Shown in pieces: positions 1 to 9,512 of a stretch of 64,000 bases of DNA (positions within the stretch are counted from its first letter, which is position 1; each line of letters begins with the position of its first letter). The notes under the pieces are model-generated. The model worked only from the letters and a program-made list of their open reading frames with translations, was not told where the DNA came from and did no database searches. The stretch spans positions 224,001-288,000 of the forward strand of contig JBGASG010000002.1 in the NCBI GenBank assembly GCA_044229845.1, in the 5' to 3' direction. Made by a program: the position numbers and the translations under genes. The DNA is from Candidatus Obscuribacteraceae bacterium (GTDB lineage Bacteria; Cyanobacteriota; Vampirovibrionia; Obscuribacterales; Obscuribacteraceae).

Positions 1-339
1 GAAGGCCTGCGCACAGACCTCCGCGGCTTCAGGCAAGGCACCGTTTCGTGCATAGAAACCAGCCAGTTGCATGCGCATACAGAAAGGAAACGACAACAAG
101 TTTTGATAGGTCTGATGCAATTCATCAACACCGACGCCAGGCAAGCTTTCATATTTCGGGTCGGATGAATACTGTCCCAACTCCTTCTCGTAATCAGCCT
201 TATATGTCGAAAGCGGCAAGGCATCAGCGACAGCAACAGCCTTCTTCAATTCAGTTTCTGCAGCGCGCAAATCGCCTTCCTCTTCCAGCGTGAAGGCACG
301 CGTCAGGTGCGTGTGCGGATGCGCTTTTGTCTCGCTCAT
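1..339 (-). CDS. Partial helical/TPR-like hypothetical protein (runs off window start)
   Basis: Manual translation: ATG at 339 overlaps the peroxiredoxin stop (ATGA). The frame MSETKAHPHTHLTRAFTLEEEGDLRAAETELKKA...QLAGFYARNGALPEAAEVCAQAF stays open to the window edge. Confidence 0.65.
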   Translation of the reverse strand, partial: MSETKAHPHTHLTRAFTLEEEGDLRAAETELKKAVAVADALPLSTYKADYEKELGQYSSDPKYESLPGVGVDELHQTYQNLLSFPFCMRMQLAGFYARNGALPEAAEVCAQAF

Positions 340-920
340 TTGTCCTTCACTGGTGAGTCGATGGTTTTCAAAACACGCAGAGCTTCTGAAACATGCTCTT
401 CCGCATTCATTAGAGAACGGTGCGCGAGGCGAACAGTCCCGTCTTTGTCGATGACAAACGTGACCCGGTCGTGCAGCAGTCCGCCTGCGGCTTTCGGGAT
501 GCCGTAGAGTTTGCGAACCGAGCCGTCACGATCGGAAAGCAATCGGTACGGCAAGTTGCGTTTGCTGACAAATGCACGATGCGACTCCAGTGAATCGGCG
601 CTGACGCCCAGGACCTCGGCGCCGGCATCGACAAATTGACTGTAGCTGTCGCGAATCAGGCAAGCTTCTTTTTTGCAAACAAGCTTGTCATCTTTTGGAT
701 AGAAACAGAGGACCACAGCCTTCTTGCCGCGGAACTCTTTGAGCGAAACTGAGGTGCCGTCCTGTGCCGGCAGCGTAAAGTCGGGAGCCTGCTCGCCGAC
801 TTGAACGAGCCCGTGTTTTTTCTCGGCGGTCGAGGCGCCCGTTGCGCCTGGCGATGTGACAGCCAGCGAGCCGGCGAGCAGAACCAGCGAAATCAGCCCG
901 TTGAAGAACCTGCGCGACAT
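336..920 (-). CDS. bcp: Peroxiredoxin, BCP/PrxQ family, with N-terminal signal peptide
   Basis: APDFTL, FYPKDDKLVCKKEAC (CxxxxC), GVSADS and RVTFVIDKDG motifs; hydrophobic N-terminus. Confidence 0.85.
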   Translation of the reverse strand: MSRRFFNGLISLVLLAGSLAVTSPGATGASTAEKKHGLVQVGEQAPDFTLPAQDGTSVSLKEFRGKKAVVLCFYPKDDKLVCKKEACLIRDSYSQFVDAGAEVLGVSADSLESHRAFVSKRNLPYRLLSDRDGSVRKLYGIPKAAGGLLHDRVTFVIDKDGTVRLAHRSLMNAEEHVSEALRVLKTIDSPVKDK

Positions 921-1057
921 TGTGAAACTCCAGCAAACATGTCTATTTTACGACCTCGCGGAGCGAAAAGATATATGGGGTACCCCTTTTATGCCGGTGT
1001 GACCTAAGTCATCAATTGGTCACATGACCCAGCGCAACTCATTCCAATGCTGTTAGG

Positions 1058-2263
1058 ATGGCTCGCAGTACTTGGTTTGGATGGGGAAAGGAAAGCGTGT
1101 CCGGCGACATAGGGATCAAGTTTGGCGGCACTACTTTGAGTGTGGTGGCGCGCGCCGGTGGCTGTTACTTCGTGATCGGCGAAAATGATGATTGCGACGA
1201 AATACCTTCGGTGTTGGCTAACACGAGTAGCGGTCGACCTATTTACGGCAGCAGCGCCGAACAACAGATGTGGATCGACCGTACTCGCACAGTGCGCCCC
1301 ACCTACCGCGCCTGGGACACACTGCCATATCCGCCCGAAGCGATTACCTTATTTAGAGAAATCAGGAAGCAGATAGAAAAAAAGATCGGAGAAAGAGCTC
1401 CTGCGATTGTCGCAACCTGCCCCTTGTTTTTCGGGGACAGAGAACGGCAAGCGTTGAAAAACGCTATTCTTGAGTCGGGTTGGGATTGCCTTCGCATCAT
1501 CAATGAGTCGACCGCCGCAATCACTGCACTGCAACTGCACCAGGCAGGTTTTAGCGGTACAGAAAATACAATCCTGGTTGTAAAAGTTGGTGGCACCATG
1601 ACGTCATCAGCCGTTGTGGACTACAACGCGGAAGATGATTTTACGGAGGTGCAGTCCGAGGTGCACGACCTTGATCTCGGAGGCGAACAGTTTACCTACC
1701 GCATAATCGACCACCTGAGCGAAGAGTTTGTACGCGCCCACGGCGTCGATCCCAGGGGCACTCCTTATGCGATGCAGCGACTGTTTGATGCGGCGGAAAA
1801 AGCTAAACGCGCTCTTGGCACCGCCGATGATACCGCTATCTGGCTACCCAGCATCATCTCAACGCCAACTGGATCTCACGCTATTGAGGCTGACCTATCG
1901 CGCGCTCAGTTCGACGACATGACTGCGCCGCTGGTGCGCCGCATCGGTAAATTGGTTGAGCAATCAATGGTCGAAGCCGCTATCGCCCCAGACGAAGTCG
2001 ATGCAGTCCTGATCCTCGGCAGAGCTTCCCAAACGAAGGCGGTAAAGGCAGAGATAGTACGAGTTGCCGGACAGCAACCACTGCACACAGGCGACACCAA
2101 CACGCTGGCTGCGCATGGCGCATCTATTTTCGCCGGCAGGTTGGGCGGATTTGTGTGCGGCATGAGGTTGCTCGATGAAGACGAATTCTCGGACAGGTCG
2201 ACGAAATCTTCCGAGGCAGACGAACCCGAGGAAGAAGAGGATCCTGAAACCGATCACTGGTAG
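1058..2263 (+). CDS. Hsp70-family protein, nucleotide-binding domain only, divergent
   Basis: IPSV, CPLFF...RQALKNA, RIINESTAAI, LGGEQF and RLFDAAEKAKRAL motifs; no substrate-binding domain; acidic tail. Confidence 0.8.
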   Translation: MARSTWFGWGKESVSGDIGIKFGGTTLSVVARAGGCYFVIGENDDCDEIPSVLANTSSGRPIYGSSAEQQMWIDRTRTVRPTYRAWDTLPYPPEAITLFREIRKQIEKKIGERAPAIVATCPLFFGDRERQALKNAILESGWDCLRIINESTAAITALQLHQAGFSGTENTILVVKVGGTMTSSAVVDYNAEDDFTEVQSEVHDLDLGGEQFTYRIIDHLSEEFVRAHGVDPRGTPYAMQRLFDAAEKAKRALGTADDTAIWLPSIISTPTGSHAIEADLSRAQFDDMTAPLVRRIGKLVEQSMVEAAIAPDEVDAVLILGRASQTKAVKAEIVRVAGQQPLHTGDTNTLAAHGASIFAGRLGGFVCGMRLLDEDEFSDRSTKSSEADEPEEEEDPETDHW

Positions 2264-2304
2264 AAGCGTGGACTGCGAAAGCGTGGACTGCGAAAGCGCG
2301 GACT
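2264..2304. repeat. 15-bp tandem repeat (AAGCGTGGACTGCGA, about 2.7 copies)
   Basis: Copies start at 2264, 2279 and 2294, immediately after the Hsp70 stop. Confidence 0.85.
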
Positions 2305-2374
2305 ATCTGCGCAACTGAACGAGAGCAGTACTACTCTCGTTCGAGTTGTTATCATTCTAGTAGCGACCTACACG

Positions 2375-2749
2375 TTACGGGCGATACACCGCGTTGCCGG
2401 GGTAGTACCACTGTCCTTGACCTGGTGGATTCCATGTCCAGCCGCGGCCGGCGCCGCCGGCCGGACCGGGTTGGTTGTAGGTCCAATATGGACCGTGACC
2501 GGCTCCGCCCGCCAAACCAGGTGGATTGACGTGCGGGCGGTAGTTGACATAAGAGACACGTCCCGGACCTGGCGGGTTGTAGTTCCACCCGCGGCCCCAA
2601 CCGCCCGCGGCACCTGCCGGATTGCGGTGCCAATAACGACCATGTCCTATGCCACCAACCGGACCCGGCGGATTAATCGCATTCGCGTCAGGCAGCGAAA
2701 CGCTGGACCAGACTAAACCGAACGCGAGCAATGAGGTTAGCCATCTCAT
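2375..2749 (-). CDS. Small secreted Gly/Pro/aromatic-rich repeat protein (NPPGP-GG-G repeats)
   Basis: Signal peptide MRWLTSLLAFGLVWSSVSLPDANA followed by six N-P/Q-P/A-G units. Confidence 0.75.
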   Translation of the reverse strand: MRWLTSLLAFGLVWSSVSLPDANAINPPGPVGGIGHGRYWHRNPAGAAGGWGRGWNYNPPGPGRVSYVNYRPHVNPPGLAGGAGHGPYWTYNQPGPAGGAGRGWTWNPPGQGQWYYPGNAVYRP

Positions 2750-3144
2750 TGTATTTGCCTCCATTCTTTGTGTTGCTTTATACAGGTTGTCTTTTCGAAC
2801 GGTTGTTGACCGCTCCCTACCTAATACGTTCGACCCCCGCAAAAAGTTCAAAGGAATCGAAGGAAGTTCCTTTAATTTTTTGGCGGGGATGTCATACGCT
2901 CAACCGGAACTTGTTTCTTACTGAACCAATCAATGAATCCGCACGATGCGATAGATCGAGTGTTAATCGAATTCTCAGAGATCTGCATAAGGCTTCAGCG
3001 GATTCAGTAAGCGCGCTGGTGCAAATCTATATCGGCGCACATAATAGAAATATCGCCTGTGCTCCAACATGAAGAGCATACAAACTCGAAGGTAGAAAGA
3101 ACTGCTCTCCGAACTCGCATAGGCGGAACCTTTTATATTAGTCG

Positions 3145-4335
3145 TTATCGGTTCGGCAGTGTTTCGCGCAAGACGCGCATGGCATTGCCGCCCATCACTT
3201 TCCTAATTTCGTCGTCGGAAAATCTCTGTTCGATTAGTGCATCAGTTATAAGAATCAGTTGCGACGCATCGAACGGCATCGTTACAGCCCCATCGAAATC
3301 AGAACCCAGTGCCACGTGATCCACACCGACCAGATCGGCTGTATATCTGATCGCTTTCGCAATTGCGGTGGCATCCTCGCCGCAAACGGCAGTCGACCAG
3401 TAGCCGATACCGATGACGCCCCCGGTTTTGGCGATGCCGATCAATTGCTGATCCGACAGATTGCGGTCGTTGTCGCAGGTGCCTTTGACACCAGTGTGAG
3501 AAACAACGACCGGCCGGCTTGAAATTGCCAGAGTATCTCGAATGACGGCAGACGATGCATGCGCCAGATCGACGATCATGTTCTTAGCCTGCATGCGCTT
3601 CACCATCTCCTTCCCTTTGGCAGTTAGCCCCCCTTTCGAGAAGCCATGCGCCGACCCACCCATATCGCTGTCGAAAAAGTGCGACGGCGCCATCATGCGA
3701 ATCCCGTGATCGAAGAAGACATCCACGTTTTCTAAATTGCCTTCCAGACAATGCGCGCCTTCAACTCCCAGAAAACCGGCAGTAATGGAAGGGTTCGTTT
3801 CTCGACGTTTGAGATATCGGTTCAGGTCCTCCACACTCTTGATGATGGTGAACTTGCCATCCGAGCGCGCAGTCGCATCGTCGAGCTTCGCACACTGATA
3901 GAGCGCGCGCTCGCGCAAACTGCTCCATGTTTGAGGCGGCCACATTCCCAAAATCGCCAGAGCGGTGATGTCGTCGGTTTCTCCACTGTTGCTGTGTATG
4001 TTCATTTCGCGCGGCACCTTGGTGACGATCGTGAAGGCTTGCAGCGCAACGTTTCCTTCGATCAATCGCGGTATGTCCGCGTGCCCGCGGCTGTTTCTGC
4101 TAAGCAAATCGCGGTTCCACAAAAGTGAATCAGCATGCAGATCTACGATCAACAACGAAGCATGCAGTTTCTTCGCGCGTTCAGAAGGCGCATGCTCAGC
4201 AGCCACCGGCATGACTTTATTCAAGTGATCATCGATCTGCGCGGGTCCAAAAATCAAAGCCGCCGCCACTGCCAAAACGAGCATGACCGCTGCGACTTTG
4301 AGGATGTTCAAAAGTATTCCGCGCATGCTTTGCAT
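3145..4335 (-). CDS. Membrane dipeptidase (peptidase M19)
   Basis: DLHAD, GVEGAH, IVDLAH, VSHTG, RNLSD and LGSDFDG motifs; N-terminal membrane anchor. Confidence 0.92.
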   Translation of the reverse strand: MQSMRGILLNILKVAAVMLVLAVAAALIFGPAQIDDHLNKVMPVAAEHAPSERAKKLHASLLIVDLHADSLLWNRDLLSRNSRGHADIPRLIEGNVALQAFTIVTKVPREMNIHSNSGETDDITALAILGMWPPQTWSSLRERALYQCAKLDDATARSDGKFTIIKSVEDLNRYLKRRETNPSITAGFLGVEGAHCLEGNLENVDVFFDHGIRMMAPSHFFDSDMGGSAHGFSKGGLTAKGKEMVKRMQAKNMIVDLAHASSAVIRDTLAISSRPVVVSHTGVKGTCDNDRNLSDQQLIGIAKTGGVIGIGYWSTAVCGEDATAIAKAIRYTADLVGVDHVALGSDFDGAVTMPFDASQLILITDALIEQRFSDDEIRKVMGGNAMRVLRETLPNR

Positions 4336-4372
4336 TCAGCTTTCGCCGACTAGCCTTGAGATTACAACCTCA

Positions 4373-5215
4373 CTAGTCAGCCGGCTTCACCAGGTTCATA
4401 ACCTGCTGGCAGACCTCGCGCGCGAGATCCGGCGGCAACGCCCCAATTTTTTCCACCACGCAGCTTTTGGGAAAAGAATAGACGACGGTGCATGCCACCA
4501 CCGAGTCATCCCTGATACCAGCTGCCTGTCCGGCGGCGCTGCTGGCACGAATTGCAATATCGAGCACGTCTGAGTGCATATCTTTGATGCGGATTTTTAC
4601 CGGCACCACAACGATCTTCTTGAGGCGTATGTTGCACTCGTCACTGGAGACGACGACCATAGGACGTTTCTTACTGCGAATCTTGCCGTCAAGATCGCGC
4701 GTGTCCTGCAAGATCAGCACCACATCACCCTGGCGGTAAGTGTGCGGATTTGGTGTCAAACGGGCTTCTTCGATGCGGCGCGCGCGCTGTTCGACAATTT
4801 CGCGACGCAGTGAATCGGCGCTGATACCCATGGCGGCCAGAATGGTGACACCGGAGCCACCACGCTCTTCCAGCAGTGCCAGCATCAGGCTCTCGCCGCT
4901 CACCTCATTTTCTTTGAGTGCGGAAGCATGCGCCGCTGCCCGTTCGAGAATCTTGTTGCAGCGAGACGTAAACGGAATTTCTTTGGGAGAGCCGGTGCCA
5001 CGCTCGATGAGATTTTCGCATTCCCGGCGCACACGTTCTTTAGTGACGCCGGCGGCTTTGAGTATCTTCGCTACTGGACCGCGGCTCTCCATGACGAACC
5101 CGACCAGCAGCAAGGCGGAACCGACCGTCGGGAGACGCAGTCGCCGCGCCTCATCCTTAGCCAGGAGAAAGACTCGTATGGCGTCATCGGTATACTTGTC
5201 AACCTTCTGACTCAT
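4373..5215 (-). CDS. Clp protease N-terminal (Clp-repeat) domain fused to a PemK/MazF toxin domain
   Basis: N-half KYTDDAIRVFLLAKDEARRL...IPFTSRCNKILERA...LMLALLEE is ClpC-N-like. C-half YRQGDVV...KKRPMVVVS...N...IVVVPV...DSVV...KIGAL is MazF/PemK-like. Confidence 0.8.
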   Translation of the reverse strand: MSQKVDKYTDDAIRVFLLAKDEARRLRLPTVGSALLLVGFVMESRGPVAKILKAAGVTKERVRRECENLIERGTGSPKEIPFTSRCNKILERAAAHASALKENEVSGESLMLALLEERGGSGVTILAAMGISADSLRREIVEQRARRIEEARLTPNPHTYRQGDVVLILQDTRDLDGKIRSKKRPMVVVSSDECNIRLKKIVVVPVKIRIKDMHSDVLDIAIRASSAAGQAAGIRDDSVVACTVVYSFPKSCVVEKIGALPPDLAREVCQQVMNLVKPAD

Positions 5216-5331
5216 TACCCAAGCCGAAGAACCCACCCCAATATAGCCAATACACTACCATTTGGCAGACCGGACGACAACGAATTTCAGGCAGGCACCC
5301 ACCTTGGCAGCCGCCGCAATCGCCTGAATCC

Positions 5332-6765
5332 CTAGTGGGCAGTCATGCCTCGCATGGGCAGTTTTCCATCCGCTTTACTAGTCAGCGCCAGAAAGTCTTT
5401 GTCTTTGACGAGCGAATCAAACACACGATCGACGCGCGCTTCCATCATCTCTTCGGCGCGCACAGCATCGTTGGTTTCATACTCGTAAAAGTGGCGCTTG
5501 AGGAGCGCCAACGCCTTATCCTTCATACCGGCTTGCGCGTAGATCGCCGCCAGGTTGTAGCTGGCGGGAAGCAAGTGTTCGTGATCGTGCGCGATGCGCA
5601 AGGCTTCCTCGCGTCGTCCGTTTCCTGCCATGAACACTGCAGCGAACACACGATTGAAGGGATCATTCGGCGCCAACTTGAGGGCTTCGTCGATGTAAGA
5701 GTTGCACTGCTTGGGGTCGCCTTCGCTGTTCCAATAAACTGCCAGGTTGCGGCAAGTGAGCGCCAGCGGATACACCGTCAGCGACTCTTCCATCATCTTC
5801 TCGCCTTTAATGAACTCACCGTTGTGGATGGTGATTTTGCCCAGTCCATGCAATGCCACCGCGCGCGAGAGCGGATCCGAATCCATCGAGAGTATCTGGC
5901 GATAGATGCGGCTCGCCTCGTCCCAGTCGCCGATATCATGGCGATACAGCTCGGCGAGGAAACGCAGCGGCGCCGGATCTTGCGTATCCAGCTTGTGCGC
6001 CGCCTTATATAAGGATAGGGCACCGGCATAGTCTCCATTCTCTTCCTTATCCAATCCGGCCACGAGCGCTCGCCGGATTTTTTCACCGACCGCTTTGCTG
6101 AAGTTCGGCAGCTGCGACGGAATCTCTAAAGAAACATCATCGACGCCCAGTTTTTTCAACTCGGTTTGCGCCTGCTTGGCCAGCTGAGGAACCAGGCAGC
6201 GATGTTCCAGCACCGCGCGATAATCTCTGATCGCACCGTCCTTATCGCCGGCTTCTGCCTTAGTACGCGCCGTCTCCAGTTTTGCACGCAGCGACTCGCG
6301 TTGTTTATCAATTTCCGAGCGCAGCAAATTCTCGACATCGGCAAGCGCCCATTTGGGACCTTCCAATTTGCCGACCGTGGTGCCGTCACGCTGGCACAGC
6401 ACCACCAGCGGTGCGTGAGTAGCATCGGGGCAAAGCTCTGTTCCCAATGGTGACTTCAAGTCAGCCTCGCACATATCTATGCAGCGTCCGGAGAACAGCG
6501 ACAAGACGCGAGACACGCGCAGCGGCGATTGATCGTACTCGGCAGTCGAGGCAGGGATCCAATACAGAGTCATGCTGGCTTTCGAATTAGTATTGCGTTT
6601 GGTGATTTGCTTCCACGGCACATCGAAGATCTTGCCGCCGTTGAGTCCACCCATGCCACCACCACCGCCACCGCCGCAGGTGGCTTGAACAGCCAGCGGA
6701 GCCGCGCTTAAAGCAAGCGCAACCAGACCAGTTAAGATACGCCGACCCATCAATGGTCTCTTCAT
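5332..6765 (-). CDS. Secreted tetratricopeptide repeat protein
   Basis: Signal peptide, TCGGGGGGG segment and multiple TPR-like helical pairs. Confidence 0.8.
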   Translation of the reverse strand: MKRPLMGRRILTGLVALALSAAPLAVQATCGGGGGGGMGGLNGGKIFDVPWKQITKRNTNSKASMTLYWIPASTAEYDQSPLRVSRVLSLFSGRCIDMCEADLKSPLGTELCPDATHAPLVVLCQRDGTTVGKLEGPKWALADVENLLRSEIDKQRESLRAKLETARTKAEAGDKDGAIRDYRAVLEHRCLVPQLAKQAQTELKKLGVDDVSLEIPSQLPNFSKAVGEKIRRALVAGLDKEENGDYAGALSLYKAAHKLDTQDPAPLRFLAELYRHDIGDWDEASRIYRQILSMDSDPLSRAVALHGLGKITIHNGEFIKGEKMMEESLTVYPLALTCRNLAVYWNSEGDPKQCNSYIDEALKLAPNDPFNRVFAAVFMAGNGRREEALRIAHDHEHLLPASYNLAAIYAQAGMKDKALALLKRHFYEYETNDAVRAEEMMEARVDRVFDSLVKDKDFLALTSKADGKLPMRGMTAH

Positions 6766-6902
6766 AATTCAGTCCCCTGCTGATCAGTTTGCAACTCGGC
6801 AGATAGCCGCCAACTGAGCCATGATATCAGAAAACCGCTCTACTGTAGGAGCTTAGCGCATTGATTTACGTCATAGTAACCAGCGAAAGCGAGGTGAATC
6901 TT

Positions 6903-7220
6903 ATGAAGAAAGCAATAGTGACCACTCTTGCAGCCATGCTGCTCAGCTCATTAATTCCGGCTGCTGAGGCAAGAGATGGATGGCACCATGGCCGATTCGT
7001 AGGCTACCCGTACGGATATTATTCGCACAACTACCACCGCAGCAATGTTGGCAGACAAATCGGCTGGGGGCTCGCCGGTTTGGGTATTGGACTGGGACTG
7101 GGAGCACTGGCCGGTTCGCGTGATCGCGTGATCTACACTGAACCCGCACCGTTGTATACGAATGAATACGTCTATCCGTCGGGATATTCGGCCAGTTATG
7201 GCGATGGCTACTGGTACTAG
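6903..7220 (+). CDS. Small secreted Tyr/Gly-rich protein with glycine-zipper segment
   Basis: GAGGTG RBS, signal peptide ending AEA, and GWGLAGLGIGLGLGALAG. Confidence 0.75.
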   Translation: MKKAIVTTLAAMLLSSLIPAAEARDGWHHGRFVGYPYGYYSHNYHRSNVGRQIGWGLAGLGIGLGLGALAGSRDRVIYTEPAPLYTNEYVYPSGYSASYGDGYWY

Positions 7221-7310
7221 AACCAGAGCTGAGTGAAACAATTGAATAGTCCACGATGCGCGGCTCACCAATTATCTTGGCGAGCCGCGCTCCTTGTACG
7301 GGCGTGGTGC

Positions 7311-8429
7311 TTAGCTGAGTTGTCGGCGAATACGAATCACGCAAGCGATGCCGAGCAGCAAGCAAAATCCTACCAGGCACATTATTTCGTGCGACAACTC
7401 CTGGGGCCCCAGCCCCTTCAGAATCACGTCACGCGAGATTACCTGGTAGTAACGCAGCGGATCGATGCACGATAGCATCTGCAGCACCGGCGGCATCGAC
7501 TCGAGAGGCACCACGCTCCCCGAGAGCAGTATCGCCGGAATGTTTATGAAAAACGAGAGCAACTGTGACTGCCGCTGACTGTTGCAGACGGTGGCCATTA
7601 ACGACCCCATAGCGATACTGGTCAGTATATACACGCCTGAACAAGCGAGGTACAGCGGCACGCTGCCGCGCAGCGGCAGGGCGAAGAGAAATGTGGTGAT
7701 CACAATCGCCACACACAGATCGGCAAACAACAGGAGAAACAGCGGCACCGTCTTCGCCACCAGAATCTCTGCACTGCTTACCGGCAAAACGAGCAGTTGC
7801 TCGAGCGTTCCCGACTCGCGCTCACGCAGCATGGCGGCAGAAGAGACCAGCGTACCCGACAACGTAAGCGCCGCACCGAGCACACCAGGCACGAAGTACC
7901 AGGCGCTGATCAAACCAGGATTGAAAGCAATGCGCACGATGCTCTGCACGAGGCCGATCTGTTGCCCGGCAATGGCGTGCGCGGCGATCAACTGAAAGTA
8001 GCCACGGGCAACATTGGCGGTGAATGCATCGACACCATTCAGTATCACCTGGAACTCACCTTTGTGGGATCGCTCCAGAGTCTCGCTGAAGTCGGCTGGA
8101 ATAACGATGCCGGCATCGGCACGCTGATTGATGATCTCTTTAGCGAGCAGACGCGGGTCGGGCGGCAGAAACTGCGGTATGAAGAGTTGGCGATTGCTGG
8201 CGATCACCTGCGCAAGCGAGCGGCTCTCCACGGTGTTAGCCAGGTCGACAATCGCGACACGCATATTGCGCACCTGAGGGTCGAGGCAGTAGGCGAGTAT
8301 CACCACCTGCACTATCGGCGGAAAAATCAGCAGGAACAGCAGGTGCTTGTTTCGCAAAGTGAGGCGAAACTCTTTTAGTATGAGCCCATAGATGGGCCAA
8401 TCTGCAATCGACTTTTTCACAGCCTGCAC
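7311..8429 (-). CDS. ABC-2 type transporter permease (YbhR-like)
   Basis: KEFRLTLR, FNPGL, RERESGTLEQLLVLP, LLSG..P...MP and PLRYY motifs. Confidence 0.9.
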   Translation of the reverse strand: MQAVKKSIADWPIYGLILKEFRLTLRNKHLLFLLIFPPIVQVVILAYCLDPQVRNMRVAIVDLANTVESRSLAQVIASNRQLFIPQFLPPDPRLLAKEIINQRADAGIVIPADFSETLERSHKGEFQVILNGVDAFTANVARGYFQLIAAHAIAGQQIGLVQSIVRIAFNPGLISAWYFVPGVLGAALTLSGTLVSSAAMLRERESGTLEQLLVLPVSSAEILVAKTVPLFLLLFADLCVAIVITTFLFALPLRGSVPLYLACSGVYILTSIAMGSLMATVCNSQRQSQLLSFFINIPAILLSGSVVPLESMPPVLQMLSCIDPLRYYQVISRDVILKGLGPQELSHEIMCLVGFCLLLGIACVIRIRRQLS

Positions 8430-9512
8430 CTAGTCCTTGAGTCGCATATCGCGCAGTTGCCACCAGCACAGGAAAAGCAGCAAACAGGCAAATCCACAGA
8501 GGGGCGCCACATCGCGTGTGACGACTTGCCACCCGGTGCCGCGCATGAAAGTGTCACGCGTGACGTCGATGTAATACCGAGCGGGCACCAGATAGGAGAG
8601 CAATGACAGAGGAAACGGAATATTGCTCAATGGATATACAAATCCACTCAGCAGCAGGCTGGGGAAGAAACCACCGGAGGATGTGGCTTGCACCGCGGCG
8701 GTCTGGCTGCGTGTCAGCAAGCCCAGCCACAAACCGAAAAGAATCGCCACCACCAGATACAGCACCGTGCACAGCGCAAACAAGAGGGGCGAGTCGACCA
8801 GCTTTAGATTGAACAACAGGCAGCCGACTACTGTAATCAGCGCCGATTGCACGACGCCAATGATCAGGTAAACGCCGAGCTTGCCCAGCAGAAACGAGAG
8901 CGGCTTGAGATTTGCGCAAAAAGGTTGAACGATGGAGCCGTGTTCAAGATCACGCGACATGGATACTGCCGCCAGCAAGGAAGGAAACATCCAGAGAATG
9001 ACGCCAAAGGCACCGCTCACGATAAAGAGCGATTCCTGCAGTCCCGGATTGAACCAGACTGTGATGCGCGGAAGAATGTATTGAAGTCGCGGATCGGGTG
9101 GCTTCACCGCCGCCGAGAAAACCGGTCCGAAGGCTTGCGCTATTGTCGACGCGGTATGAGCCTCCGTCAGCGCCGTGCCGTCGATGGTGAAAAGCACACT
9201 GGCCGGCTTATTGAGATTTATGCTGCCTTCAAACCCATATGGAATGTCGATGCGCGTGCGCACCACTTTGATGTCGTCGCTCTCGGCCGGCACAAAAGTC
9301 TCGCTGGCGAAGATGCGTCGCGCAAAACTGCGACTGGCAATCGTGTTGTCGCGATCGACGATTTCGGTAGGGATGTGCTTGGTCTCCAGGCGAATGCCGA
9401 AGCTGAAAAGAAACAGCGAAGCAAGCGGCAGCAAAAACGCCAGCGCCAGACTCAATAGATCTCGCCTGAACTCCAACCAATCTTTATATAGCTGTGCCAG
9501 AAACCCGCGCAT
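8430..9512 (-). CDS. ABC-2 type transporter permease (YbhS-like)
   Basis: WFNPGL, LLSGFVYPLSNIP and PARYY motifs; start overlaps the ATPase stop (TGATG). Confidence 0.9.
   Translation of the reverse strand: MRGFLAQLYKDWLEFRRDLLSLALAFLLPLASLFLFSFGIRLETKHIPTEIVDRDNTIASRSFARRIFASETFVPAESDDIKVVRTRIDIPYGFEGSINLNKPASVLFTIDGTALTEAHTASTIAQAFGPVFSAAVKPPDPRLQYILPRITVWFNPGLQESLFIVSGAFGVILWMFPSLLAAVSMSRDLEHGSIVQPFCANLKPLSFLLGKLGVYLIIGVVQSALITVVGCLLFNLKLVDSPLLFALCTVLYLVVAILFGLWLGLLTRSQTAAVQATSSGGFFPSLLLSGFVYPLSNIPFPLSLLSYLVPARYYIDVTRDTFMRGTGWQVVTRDVAPLCGFACLLLFLCWWQLRDMRLKD

Noticed and set aside
998..1024. Inverted repeat TGTGACC-N13-GGTCACA upstream of the Hsp70-like gene as a CIRCE element
   Set aside because: It does not match CIRCE (TTAGCACTC-N9-GAGTGCTAA), and 7-bp arms alone are weak evidence.
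2933..3010. 25-aa ORF MNPHDAIDRVLIEFSEICIRLQRIQ in an intergenic region
   Set aside because: No clear RBS or homology; not distinguishable from chance.
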